Assembly (NCBI GenBank): GCA_965197725.1
Contig: CBDANQ010000003.1
Coordinates: forward strand, 1-39,068
DNA length: 39,068 nt
Origin: Longimicrobiales bacterium
GTDB taxonomy: Bacteria; Gemmatimonadota; Gemmatimonadetes; Longimicrobiales; Gaopeijiaceae
Direction of reading: 5' to 3'
The position numbers were made by a program, and so were the translations under genes. This document shows positions 1-9,968 of this stretch, one piece after another (within the stretch, counting starts at the first letter, position 1; every line of letters begins with the position of its first letter). The notes under the pieces are model-generated. The model saw only the letters and a list, made by a program, of their open reading frames with translations. It was not told the origin of the DNA and made no database searches.

Positions 1-62
1 TTCCGGCGGTCAAAACAGACCCCCCGAAAGTCGGGTCGAACGCCATACCGTGAAGCCGTCGA

Positions 63-830
63 TCATCGCTTCCGCGGGCCGGTCGGGAGCGCGGCCCTGA
101 GTTTGGTGATTCGCGCCAGGTGGCCCTGGAGGCTGCCGTGCGCTTGGATCACGCTCTCGTCCATGCCGCAGATGGCCTGTTCGATCCGGTCGATCTCGCG
201 GCGGATCCGGCGGCCCGGTAGGCCCCGCTCCCTGAGCGCGTCCCAGAGTTCCCGGTGGGCGCGGCCCCAGGAGCGGAGCCCCGAGGCGGTCTCGTGGCCC
301 GGATCGGCGTAGACGAACACCGCGCCCTGGCCGTCAAGCGCGACGGACAGCTCGAGGGGGAAGTAGCGCCGCGTCTCGCCTGCCGCGCCCCGGTACACCC
401 GGACGGGCAGGATCCTGCGCTCGATGCCGAGCGCCTCGAACGCGCCGACCTTCTCCGGTTCGGTGGGCAGCCACGGCAGGCCGGTGTGCCCGATCACGTA
501 GTCGAGCGAGAGCAGGCGGCGAAGGAGCACCTCGGCCGAGGCGATCCGGCGGTGGCGGATATCCTCGGCTCCGAGCGCCCGGTAGACTGCGCCCGCGGAG
601 ATCCGGCAGACCCTCCGGCCCGCAAGCCTGTCCTTGGCCGCCAGCCTCCGGTCCAACATGTCCCGGACGAACCGGCGCGCGGTGCGGCGGTGGATCCCGA
701 GCCAGTCGGAGATCTGGTCTCGGGCGAACACGCCGCTGTGCAGACAGACGAGCGCGATCCAATCGCCCTTGCGTCCCGTCCAGCCGAGCGGCTCGAGCGC
801 CTTCTCATGGCCCCGGAGATGGGCGATCAT
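63..830 (-). CDS. Hypothetical winged-helix protein, probably mobile-element (ICE/plasmid) associated; possibly replication-relaxation-like
   Basis: 3' part of ORF 63..1220. Likely ATG at 830 (MIAHLRG). HTH-like segment DQISDWLGIHRRTARRFVRDMLDRRL. Lies next to an integrase remnant. Family assignment is from recall only. Confidence 0.5.
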   Translation of the reverse strand: MIAHLRGHEKALEPLGWTGRKGDWIALVCLHSGVFARDQISDWLGIHRRTARRFVRDMLDRRLAAKDRLAGRRVCRISAGAVYRALGAEDIRHRRIASAEVLLRRLLSLDYVIGHTGLPWLPTEPEKVGAFEALGIERRILPVRVYRGAAGETRRYFPLELSVALDGQGAVFVYADPGHETASGLRSWGRAHRELWDALRERGLPGRRIRREIDRIEQAICGMDESVIQAHGSLQGHLARITKLRAALPTGPRKR

Positions 831-981
831 CGCGGCTCCGTCGTCCGGGGCGTAGCCCCGGGCGCCGATGTATAACGAAGGGAGCTTGGATAGGAGCCCT
901 TTCCGGAGCCTGTCCCGGTTCTGGAACGCGCCCGACCGCATCTGCTCCATGGTCTTACCGATCCAGACTTCTGCGTCCCCT

Positions 982-2403
982 CTAGCAGTCCGTGGAAGAA
1001 ATAGGTTCCCAGCGGATGATGGGTGGGAGAGAAGGCAGACACGCGGGGGCTGTGTTGTTGTGCAAGAAGCGGGTTTTGGGGTCTGACGAGGCGATATTCG
1101 GCCCAAGGAAGGCGAAATAGCGCCGAATACGGCGGAAAAAGCGCGAGACGCGGGTTGTAACCTGAGTTGCGAGCGCAGCTTGTACGGTAGCGAGGCCCTG
1201 TAACGCACGGGGGGTTCCAACCCCGAACCGCTTGCGCATGAGAAGGCCGAGGTTGAAGGCCGCCGCGTGGATCAACATCCGTTTTCGAATCTCCTCCTGG
1301 CCCCGTATGTGGACGCGACGCAGCCCTCCGGTCACAAGCAAGTGCGCAAACCCCCGCTCCACCTTCTCGCCGCGCTGGCGCAGCAGCCGCATCCCCCGGT
1401 TGCCGCGGATCCGGCGGCGGTTGTCGTAGGTCGGCTTCTGCGCGTCCCGGTTGTTCTTCCATTTCCGGCGCCCGCGGTTGGGCTCGCTCACATAGCTGCG
1501 CAGCTCCCGCTCCTTCACGCCCGTCATGGTCTTGTTCGAGTGGTAGCCTTTGTCGGCCACCACTTCCTCGGGCTCTACCTGCACTACTTCCAGCTGCCGC
1601 TCTGCCTCGTCCAGCGTGTTGGGCAGCGACGCCACATCTCCCCCGTCCATCGTCTGCACCGTCACCGCCACAAGCGCACCGGTCTCCATGTCGACCGCCT
1701 GCTCCAACTTGTGCGCCAGGCGCGTCCTGCCGTCCTTCATCTTCGTGATCCGCGCCTCCGGGTCGTGCGGATGCACCCAGTCCTTGTTCGAGCCCTTCTT
1801 CGGACGCTTCCGGTCCAGCGTCGTCAGATCCTTGCGCGTCGGCGTCTCGATCCCCGACGCCCGGGCCACCTGCTGCAGCCATTCATCGTAGCCCAACCCG
1901 TCGTCGCGCCGCACGATCGTGCGCATCGCCGCATTCGCCTCCAGCGTCGTCGAGTCGACGCCCAGCGTCTTGCCGCTCAGCAACCCCGACCCCTTCAGCA
2001 GCTCCAGCACCCGCCCGAACACCGCCGCGTGCGCTTTCACGCTCAGGCGCTTGCGCGTCTTCGACAGGGTCGAATGCTCCGGCGGGTTCTTCGCCCACCC
2101 GTATCCCAGAAACTCACGCAACGACAACGAGTCCCCACACCGCCAGGCAATGCCCCGCTCCGAGCCGATCCCTTCCAGGTAGCCCACCATCATCATTCGG
2201 AAATACACCCCGGGAGCAATCCCCGGCCGACCCCGATTGTCCGCGTAGAACTCACGGCATGCCTCTTCCGCGAACTCGTCAAACCCGCTTTTCGCCAGAA
2301 GCTCGTTCAAGGCCCAGTAGAACGGGTTGTCCAAGGCCCGAATCTCGCTCGCCACCACGAACATCTCGCCCTGCCGAGCCTCGGGCCGCTTGCCTACCGC
2401 CAT
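982..2403 (-). CDS. DDE transposase (IS1182/IS5 type)
   Basis: Motifs GRPGIAPGVYFRMMMVGYLEGIGSER, PPEHSTLSKTRKRL, GVDSTTLEANA, VVADKGYHS, RGEKVERGFAH. Likely ATG at 2403. Confidence 0.92.
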   Translation of the reverse strand: MAVGKRPEARQGEMFVVASEIRALDNPFYWALNELLAKSGFDEFAEEACREFYADNRGRPGIAPGVYFRMMMVGYLEGIGSERGIAWRCGDSLSLREFLGYGWAKNPPEHSTLSKTRKRLSVKAHAAVFGRVLELLKGSGLLSGKTLGVDSTTLEANAAMRTIVRRDDGLGYDEWLQQVARASGIETPTRKDLTTLDRKRPKKGSNKDWVHPHDPEARITKMKDGRTRLAHKLEQAVDMETGALVAVTVQTMDGGDVASLPNTLDEAERQLEVVQVEPEEVVADKGYHSNKTMTGVKERELRSYVSEPNRGRRKWKNNRDAQKPTYDNRRRIRGNRGMRLLRQRGEKVERGFAHLLVTGGLRRVHIRGQEEIRKRMLIHAAAFNLGLLMRKRFGVGTPRALQGLATVQAALATQVTTRVSRFFRRIRRYFAFLGPNIASSDPKTRFLHNNTAPACLPSLPPIIRWEPISSTDC

Positions 2404-2480
2404 CGCCGTCCTCGCTGCAAAAACCCTCGTGTCCTCCTGATTTAACACAACAGCGATGACCGGACTTTATCCACGGTCTG
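986..2480 (-). mobile_element. IS1182/IS5-like insertion sequence, apparently intact
   Basis: Imperfect terminal inverted repeats: CAGTCCGTGGAAGAA at 986 and CAGACCGTGGATAAA (reverse complement, ending at 2480). Flanked by CTAG at 982-985 and 2481-2484. Confidence 0.9.
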
Positions 2481-2484
2481 CTAG

Positions 2485-2640
2485 TGCCCTGGTAGACCTC
2501 CAAGATCGTCCTGGGGGTGTCCCACCCACCAGCGTCAGCCAAGTCCTTGAGCGGCACATGCCGGAGGTCGTCCGCGAACTTCCTGCGCAGGCCATGCCAA
2601 CCGAGCCCAGGCATGTGCTCTAGCTCAGCTGCCTCCGCGG
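2485..2640 (-). pseudogene. Tyrosine recombinase/integrase, C-terminal remnant
   Basis: In the frame of ORF 2279..3148: GLGWHGLRRKFADDL...KDLADAGGWDTPRTILEVYQ, which gives HxLR, GG-W and the catalytic Y. The N-terminus is missing and the IS interrupts it just after the Tyr. Confidence 0.8.
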
Positions 2641-4581
2641 CTATTCGACGGGCGCTAGTCGTGCGAAGCGTCGGGTCGACTTCGGGAAATCGATCCCGAA
2701 CGCGAAGAGGCAGACCAGCGCGAAGAGCATCGAGAATCCCACGATAGGCGCAGCGAGGCTCAGCCCCGTGGCAGGCACGGGCGAGCCAGCCAGGGTGGTG
2801 GTGATCGCTCCGGCCACGATCAGCACGATCGCGAGCCACTGGTACAGTCTCAGGTTCGCGACCCATGGGGTTTGCGGCTCGCCCCGATACGATTCTTCGA
2901 CGAATCGGCAGAGTCCGGACAACAGCAGGTAGACGCCGATGATCATCCCCTCGCTCGCGCCGAGACTCCACAGGCGCGCGCCCATCACCCCGATCATGAG
3001 ACACGCGACCATCGAATACAGCGGCGTGGGGTGCAGCGGCTTGCCGCGAAGCCCCCCGAAGGAGCAGACGCGCGAGCGCTGATCCCAGTACCGGATACCC
3101 AACCACTCCGGTGCCTCCCGCCCGTGGCAACAGCCTTGGATGAGGCATCTCAGGCGCCCAACCGCCTGGATCCAGGGAGCGGCGATGGCCATGGCAGCGA
3201 ACAGGAGCGATGCGTCGTATCCGAGCACTAATGCCGCGACAGCCCCGGCCGTCACCCCGACCAGGCTCCCGAAGTACCCGAAGGGCCGAGACAACTCGCT
3301 AGAGCCCTCCAGCTTCTGGGCCCATAGACCAGCTCCGAGCAGCCCGAACGCGCACAGGGCGACTACCCCCCGAGTTGTGCCGGGCCCACCAACGACGCGG
3401 TCACCCAGAACGCGATCAGACCCGCGAGCGCGCCGTAGAGCCCGTATCCCAGAATCCGCACAGGCCCCACGCTCCACTCCCACCAGGAGTTGGCGACTCG
3501 CTCCGCCCCTAGACGAGCCCATTCCCAGAGGCGCACCGGTGACCGCACTGCGAGCCATACCGGCACCGCGAGGGCTATGTCAGCTAGCGCATGCATTCCG
3601 GTGGTGATACAGCTCGCCGTGAGGGCAATAGCCCAGAACCAAACCAGGCCGGCAAGCCGGTTCTTGTTCGCACTCCACGCATCGGCGGCGAGCAGCGTCC
3701 AGATCACGTGAAACGACGGGAACGCAGCGACGGTGTGCGACATGGTGCGCTCGAACGCCAGCATGTCTCCGAGCACGCCCCCCCCCCATGAACGGTCGGG
3801 GCGGCGCGACCATCGGAACGACGAGGTAGACGAGCGTGACGAGGACCGTCGCGAAGAGTCCATGTACGGCGAACCGGCGCAGCACATCACTTCGCGGGAC
3901 GAAGAACGGCACCAGTCCGACGAAGAAGTACACGCTCGTGTACACGAACTCCGTCCACACCAGGACTGGCAGCTGCCGCTCGAAGGGCAGATACGCCTCG
4001 ACAGCATCGGGCGGGATGCCGAGACGGTAGACGGCCTCGTAGGCCAAGGTCCAGGGAAGGAAGACGAGCACAAAGATCGAGGCTCGATGCCATGCCGTGG
4101 GGCGACTCCCGTCGTCGGGAGTCAACGAGAGCAACGGCGCGGATACCGCGTCCCCGAACCGCTTCTCCAGATCCCTGTTTTCGTACCCCATCACGAGCGC
4201 GGCCATGCCGAGCAAGACCATGGGAGACACGAGCCATAGGCCGCTACTGGAACCGACCGCAACGGCGGCGCCGATGCACACCATGCCGAACCCGACATAG
4301 ATCGGGTGGCCGGTGAACCTGTACGGCCCTCGCTGGACATAGACCGGCGGAGGATACGCGTTCATGGGGAGCCCGCGCCCCCACACCCAGAGCGCGGTCA
4401 TGCTCGCCACGATCAGGACGACCCCCAGCAGGGCCACGCTCCAGCCGATCCACGGTGCGTGGACGGTGGTCAAACCGACGACCTCCGCTGTGGCACCTGC
4501 CCACAGTACGAGCACCACCGGGACCAGAACGACGAAGAGGGCACCGTAGAGGATGGGTCCCAGGAGGGGCCGCTTCTTCAC
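2641..4581 (-). pseudogene. Membrane fusion protein: PEMT/ICMT-like methyltransferase + PAP2/IPC-synthase-like domain + Lgt-like diacylglyceryl transferase; two frameshifts
   Basis: ORF 3580..4713 has GPYRFTGHPIYVG and MGYENRDLEKRFG. ORF 3363..4073 has AAFPSFHV and TTGMHALAD. ORF 2641..3558 has GRLRCLIQGCCHG, LHPTPLY and RFVEESYRG. Frames switch at C10 (3778-3787) and C6 (3366-3371). The GTG at 4581 overlaps the upstream stop (GTGA). Confidence 0.8.
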
Positions 4582-5354
4582 GGCCAGTCGACGCGTTTGT
4601 AGAGGGTCCATCCACGCGATGTCGTTCCGTCGGGTCGTTCCAGGCACTCTGATGCGGCCCACTTGACTTCTCGGATTCGAGCGAGCGCACGCGGCAGCAA
4701 CGGTCGCAGCCAAGTACGCTGGGGAAACACCGACTCCTCGGCGAACTCGTCACGCAGGGTCCATCGGCGCTTCCTTCCCAAGCCGAGTCGAAACCCGTCG
4801 AAGGAGATGGCATCATCGCTCACCGCACTACTCTCGGTCTCGAGCCCATTGTGCAGCACTAGCGTGAGCGGATGATCTCCCCGCCAGTCGATCCACACGA
4901 CCGAATCCTGCTCCCCGAGCCACCGTCCCCAGCGCAGTTCGCGGATCGGGATGGCTCGTGGGTCCCCGTCGATGCGCAGCTCCTCCAGGTAGCCCCAGCC
5001 CCGGAAAGCCAGATCACCGACCCGGACCTCGGCAGCCGCGCCCGGAACGTGACAGCGCCAGTCGATGGTGACGTCAGGCGTATCGAGCAGCACGCTCTGG
5101 AACGCAGGGAATGCGCGACTCCAGCTACCGGCCACGTCCAGCTTCGCGCAGGATAGGGTCGCGCCACTGGCCTCCGGCTCTGGAGTGCCTTCTCGCGATA
5201 TTGCGTTGGACTGGGACAGAGCTTCGCCCATGCGCCCCGTCATCGAAGACTGGTACGGCAGCGAGAAGGGCCCGAGGGAAATCCGTGCGGAATACCCGAT
5301 GAAGACGTTGCCGTCCGTAGAAACGCAGTCGGCGTACCACTTTCGAAGCTTCAT
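4578..5354 (-). CDS. Hypothetical protein, possibly CrtC/AttH/tocopherol-cyclase-like beta fold
   Basis: ATG at 5354 (MKLRKWYADCV). KWYxD and GWGYLE motifs recall the WYxD and GxGYxD/E motifs of that fold. Translationally coupled to the fusion gene. Confidence 0.6.
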   Translation of the reverse strand: MKLRKWYADCVSTDGNVFIGYSARISLGPFSLPYQSSMTGRMGEALSQSNAISREGTPEPEASGATLSCAKLDVAGSWSRAFPAFQSVLLDTPDVTIDWRCHVPGAAAEVRVGDLAFRGWGYLEELRIDGDPRAIPIRELRWGRWLGEQDSVVWIDWRGDHPLTLVLHNGLETESSAVSDDAISFDGFRLGLGRKRRWTLRDEFAEESVFPQRTWLRPLLPRALARIREVKWAASECLERPDGTTSRGWTLYKRVDWP

Positions 5355-5474
5355 CGACGCACCAGGAGACGGGACCCCGAACGCTGTGCACACGGAGAGC
5401 ACACTCACGGGATCACGCTCACGAAGCCCATGGAGCGGAAGGACAGAAGGACGATGTTGGCCGGAGAATACCCT

Positions 5475-7917
5475 TCACGAGCAATCGGACCATACTGTCA
5501 CGCCCTTTGCTTGCAACGCGGCCACGTCCGTGCAGCTCACCTTCGTGCTACTGAGACGGACCGAATCGCCCGCCCCGAGCCCTGGGTTGTCCAAGAGAGG
5601 CTGGATGTTGCTCAGGTCGCGATTGTATTCGAGGTCGAGCCTCTCTAGGCTGGTGAGCCCGCTCAGCGCCCCGACGTCGGTGATCGAGTTGTCATTGAGG
5701 TAGAAGTTCGTGAGGCTCGTGAGGCCGGCGAGCGGGCTGATGTCCGTGATCGAGTTGCTCTGAAGGTCGAGGCTGGTCAGGCCCGGCAGCGTCCTCAGTG
5801 GGCCGATATCACTTACTGACGTACGCGAGATCCACAGGCCGGTCAGGCCTGAAAGACCGCCCAGCGGGCTGATGTCGGTGATCGAGGCCCCGGACACACT
5901 GAGTCGGGTCAGCTTCGTGAGCCCGCTCAGTTGCGTGATGTCAGTGATCGCTTCGCTTTGGATGCTGAGGCGGGTCAAGCCTGTGAGCCCACTCAGCGCG
6001 CTGATGTCTTGGAAAACACCGCGGACTTGAAGTTCAGTCAGGTTCGTGAGCCCACTCAGCACCCCGATGTCGCTGATCGAGTCACCGCGGAGGGTGAGGC
6101 TCGTCAGTTTCGTGAGCCCGGCTAGCGGACCGATGTCGCTGGCATAGCCGGCAAAGAGCGATAGCTCCGTGAGGCCTGTGAAGTTCTGCATTCCTACGAG
6201 GCTAGTGAGGTAGATCCACAGGAAGGGCTCCAACGTCGTCAGCTCGGCGAGTCGGGCGCAGGTGACGTACGCCGCAGCGTCCCTGAACTTGAGATGTACG
6301 TGGTTGTTGAGGGCCGTGTCCTCAAACGTCGGGATTGCGTCGCCGGTATGGGCGCTGCACAGCTCATGGGGTTGAAGGACAGGATCCGGCGGCGCGATCA
6401 CCTTGAGTGTGAGTTCCGCCTGTGCGACGTGTGGACCTCCGGAAGTGGCGTCGCCCGACGTGACCTGCACCGTGAACGTATGTGTTCCGACCTCTGCGGG
6501 TGTGCCTCCAACGTTGCCGTTCCCGTTGCCCCGAAGACACCCCGCCGGCTGACACCAGAGCCCCATTCCCGGGGGCATCGAGCCAGCTACCAGGGACCAC
6601 GTGCCGCCGCGGGTTGTGAGGAGCGTCTCGAAGTAGGGGACATTCGCTACTGCGTCCGGTAGCTCAGAAGTAAGGATGACCACCTGGACGGCGATCGAGA
6701 GCGCTCGCTGCGCCGTCTGTCCGTCCCCGCTCCTGACTTCCACCGTGAAGGTCTTGCCCACGACTTGGGTCGCCGTGCCCGAGATCTCCCCGTCCGCCGC
6801 CAACGTCAGACCGGTGGGCAGGGACCCCGATACCAATGCCCACGAGTAGGTTCCGTCTCCACCCGCGGCCGCCAGGGTCTCGGAGTACGCGAACGTATGT
6901 CTGGGGCGGGGTAGCTCCGTCGTCGTTACTGCGAGCGTCGCAATCACGGTGATCGAGAGCGCCTGCCGTGCGGTCTGACCGTCCCCACTGGTGACCTCCA
7001 CTGTGAAACTCTGCGTCTCCTTCACAGTCGGCGCGCCCGAGATGTCGCCGTTCAACGACAGACTCAGGCCCGTGGGCAGCGACCCCGAGCCCAATACCAG
7101 CGCCCACGAATAGGTCTCGTCACCACCCGCCGCCGCGAGCGTCTCCGCGCCGTAGTCCACGCCGAGGGTCCCCACCGGCAACGAGGTCGTCGTCACCACG
7201 AGCGTCCCGTAGACCGTCACAGAGAGTTCCCGGGAAATGGTTTGCCCACCGCTCGAGACGTCGATCGTTATCGTCGTCGCTCCGCTCGACACAGCCGTGA
7301 CCACCCCCGAGCTACTGACCGTCGCGATGCCTTCGTCGTCCGACGACCACTCCAGGCTGGGGCTCGCGATCTCGGAGCCAGCCGCGTCCATGACGGTTGG
7401 CGGTGACCGTCGCCGTATCACCAGGACCGGCTAGCACGAGCTCCGAAGCCGACAGCGTTATCGACGACGCTACCTGCTCCACCGTGACCGAGGCGCTCTC
7501 GGACGCGGAACCCGAGGTCGCGGTAATCGTTGCAGAGCCGTTGCCCACTGACGTCACGAGACCCGTGGACGAGACCGTCGCGATCGCTTCGTCAGCCGAC
7601 GCCCAGGTCACGGTAGTCTCAGACATGAGGACTGCGTTCTGATCCTTCACGGTGGCCGTCACCTGCTCGCTGGCACCGAGGGAGGTGAAGCTCAATGCGG
7701 AGGACGAGAGATCCACGGTGGTAGCGACGGGAGTCTCGGGCTCGGTCGGTGAGTCGTCCTCCCCACACGCGATCGCGAGCAGGGTCAGAACCGTGAGGGC
7801 ACGGAGGCGAAGCGAGGTCCTCGACCACCCGGCGACTCCCTGAGAGGTCGCAAGCTCCAGACGTCCCAATGCCAGCGCACCTTCCTGATTGGTGGCACCA
7901 AACGCGCGACGGTTCAT
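5475..7917 (-). pseudogene. Surface lipoprotein: lipobox + 2 Big_2 Ig domains + 3 putative Ig (He_PIG/cadherin-like) domains + internalin-type LRRs; one frameshift
   Basis: LLAIAC lipobox and VTWASADEAIATVSSTGLVT in ORF 7312..7917. Continues in ORF 5475..7421 (LEWSSDDEGIATVSSSGVVT, YSWALVSGSLPTGLTL, ITDISPLAGLTSLTNFYLNDN). An extra base at 7397-7398 shifts the frame. Confidence 0.85.
5610..6215 (-). repeat. About 9 leucine-rich repeats of 21-23 aa (about 66 bp)
   Basis: Recurring xxDIxxLxGLTxLTxLxL in the translation; recurring GTGAGCCC and GATGTC on the + strand. Confidence 0.85.
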
Positions 7918-8013
7918 TGGAGACTGCCTCTCGAAGTGGCCTCCATGATACTACGCGCTGAGCACGCTAGCAGCCGATACGTAAGGTGACGTATTAGGTG
8001 CGGCCTGCGGGCC

Positions 8014-8079
8014 CTGAACGCAGCCCTCGAAGGTCGCTACCGCATCGAGCGTGAGCTTGGCGAGGGCGGGATGGCCTAA
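8014..8079 (+). pseudogene. Ser/Thr protein kinase N-terminal scrap (subdomain I)
   Basis: Reads LNAALEGRYRIERELGEGGMA then TAA. This is the Gly-rich loop of Hanks-type kinases; the rest of the gene is absent. Confidence 0.8.
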
Positions 8080-8598
8080 CGCACCTTCATTAGGGCTCGA
8101 TCGTTCCCTCTGGCTCCTTATGTTTGGTGGCGTTGCGTCTGGGATCTGTCCGTGGCCTCCTCTCACTAGCCGTCCGCCTCCACGGATCTAGGAACAACCT
8201 GTTATTCACAGAGACCATACGGCACCGAACTTCTTCATTCTCTGACGGCCTTCGGCTTGAGAGCAGGCGGAGTGAACCTCCGGTGCTTAGCCGGAAGCGC
8301 AAGCCGTCCGCTACAGCAACGCCCACAGCAGACCCGGCGCTAAGGTCACCCACACGCCTTTGCGAGCCACGAGTGACATCCCAACGCTCGCGGACCTTGC
8401 GGGGCCGTTCGCCATCATGGGTGCTCGCAACTCTTCCGCGCTGTCGCGCTCCGGCCGCTCGGGTCTTACGATGACCAACGGCTCGGCCGCTGCGCGGACA
8501 CTCCGCTGAGAGAGGCCCGGCCACTCGTTCGTCCGAGCCCGGTGGTGTAGCTTGGCACGTCCGCTACTACTGCCACAGCTGATCACGCGGAGGCTCCG

Positions 8599-9390
8599 AT
8601 GAAGGCGCTCACTCCCGCTCTCGCTGCCGGACTCCTTCTGGTAGCGCCCGTCTCGGCCCAGACCCCCAACACCGTCTTCCTCGACGAGTTGACCTGGATG
8701 GAAGTCGCCGACAAGGTCGATGCCGGAACCACGACGATCATCGTCGCGACGGCCGGCACCGAGCAGAACGGTCCACACATGGTTCTGGGTAAGCACAAGT
8801 TCATCGTTACCGAGACCGCCGAACGGATTGCGCGGGCGCTCGGAAACGCGCTCGTCGCGCCGATCGTGACCTACGTGCCCGAAGGGACCGTGGAGCGAAC
8901 GGAGGGGAACCGACAGCGGACCGGAACGATCACCCTCCCCAACGAGCACTACATGAAGTTGCTCGAGTATACCGCACGGAGCCTAGCCGCCGGCGGCTTC
9001 ACCGACGTCGTCTTCATCGGCGACAGCGGCGGGAACCAGAACGGGATGGAGACCGTCGCGGCAATGCTGAACGAGGAATGGTCAGAGCGGGAGGCCCGCG
9101 TCCACTTCGTCGGTGAATACTACTCCGGCCACGGCTTTCGTGAGTGGCTACAGGAGCAAGGCCACGCGATGGACGACATCGGCAGCCACGCCGGAATCAC
9201 CGACACCTCACAACTGCTTTACGTGAACGCGAAACACATCCGCACGGAGAAGCTGGCGCCGTTCGGCGGGTTCGAGGGGGCCGGTGTACGCGGTGATCCG
9301 ACGCAGGCGTCGGTGGCGTACGGCCGCGTGGGCGTCCAGCTGAAGGTGGACGCCGCGCTCCGTCAGATCAGAGAGTTGATGTCGCGCTAA
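8599..9390 (+). CDS. Creatininase/creatinine amidohydrolase family protein with signal peptide
   Basis: Motifs LDELTWMEV, GTEQNGPHM, IGDSGGNQ, SHAGITDTS. GGAGG RBS upstream. Signal peptide ending VSA-Q. Confidence 0.88.
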   Translation: MKALTPALAAGLLLVAPVSAQTPNTVFLDELTWMEVADKVDAGTTTIIVATAGTEQNGPHMVLGKHKFIVTETAERIARALGNALVAPIVTYVPEGTVERTEGNRQRTGTITLPNEHYMKLLEYTARSLAAGGFTDVVFIGDSGGNQNGMETVAAMLNEEWSEREARVHFVGEYYSGHGFREWLQEQGHAMDDIGSHAGITDTSQLLYVNAKHIRTEKLAPFGGFEGAGVRGDPTQASVAYGRVGVQLKVDAALRQIRELMSR

Positions 9391-9417
9391 TACCAACCGC
9401 CCTTGCAGGACACTCCG

Positions 9418-9508
9418 ATGATCACCTGCGCCGTCCGTGCCGTCTTGCCTCTTACCCTTCTCCCAGCGCTACTCCAGGCCCAATCCGCTGCGGACGGAGG
9501 GGGCGCTC
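9418..9508 (+). pseudogene. Orphan signal-peptide-coding 5' end of a deleted secreted-protein gene
   Basis: MITCAVRAVLPLTLLPALLQA-QSAADGG, joined out of frame to pilT sequence at about 9509. Confidence 0.5.
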
Positions 9509-9958
9509 TTAGAGACGATCAGCGCCGCAGTGAGCATCGCGGAGACCGGCCACCTGGTCTTGGCGACCCTGCACACGAACTCAGCGGCTGAGTCGATCAA
9601 CCGTATCGTGGACGCATTCCCGGCACATCAACAGAGTCAAATCCGCACCCAGCTAGCGTTCGTTCTCGAGGGCGTCATCACGCAGACGCTAATCCCGAAA
9701 GCGAAGGGGAAGGGACGTGTCTGCGCGTGCGAGGTCATGCTGTGCAGCCCTGCCATTCGAGCCATCATCCGCGATGACAAGATCCATCAGGTGTACTCGC
9801 TCATGCAGGCCGGGAAGAAGCACGGGATGCAGACGATGAACGACTCGCTCCATCTGCTGTACATGAAGGGTGCGGTCACGCTCGAAGAGGCGCTCAAGCA
9901 TTCGGGCGATCAGAACGAGTTGCTGCGCGCGGTAGGCGAGCCGGTGCCTGGTGAGTAG
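9509..9958 (+). pseudogene. pilT: Type IV pilus retraction ATPase PilT, C-terminal fragment only
   Basis: LETISAAVSIAETGHLVLATLHTNSA (His box), AIRAIIRDDK (AIRNLIRE motif), GMQTMN. Walker A, Asp box and Walker B are absent. Confidence 0.9.
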
Positions 9959-9968
9959 CTTTTAGCAA

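Noticed and set aside
831..1220. N-terminal extension of ORF 63..1220
   Set aside because: It runs through the IS end and the probable integrase tail, so it is not a native N-terminus.
5610..6215. DGR-type adenine mutagenesis as the cause of LRR variation
   Set aside because: Substitutions include non-adenine positions (for example GAA and GTT at the Asn site), and no reverse transcriptase or template repeat is seen in the window.
7951..8166. 71-aa minus-strand ORF as a gene
   Set aside because: It is largely the antisense shadow of the kinase scrap.
8090..8524. Gene in the 8.1-8.5 kb lower-GC stretch
   Set aside because: ORFs on both strands lack recognisable motifs or an RBS; at most a heavily degraded remnant.
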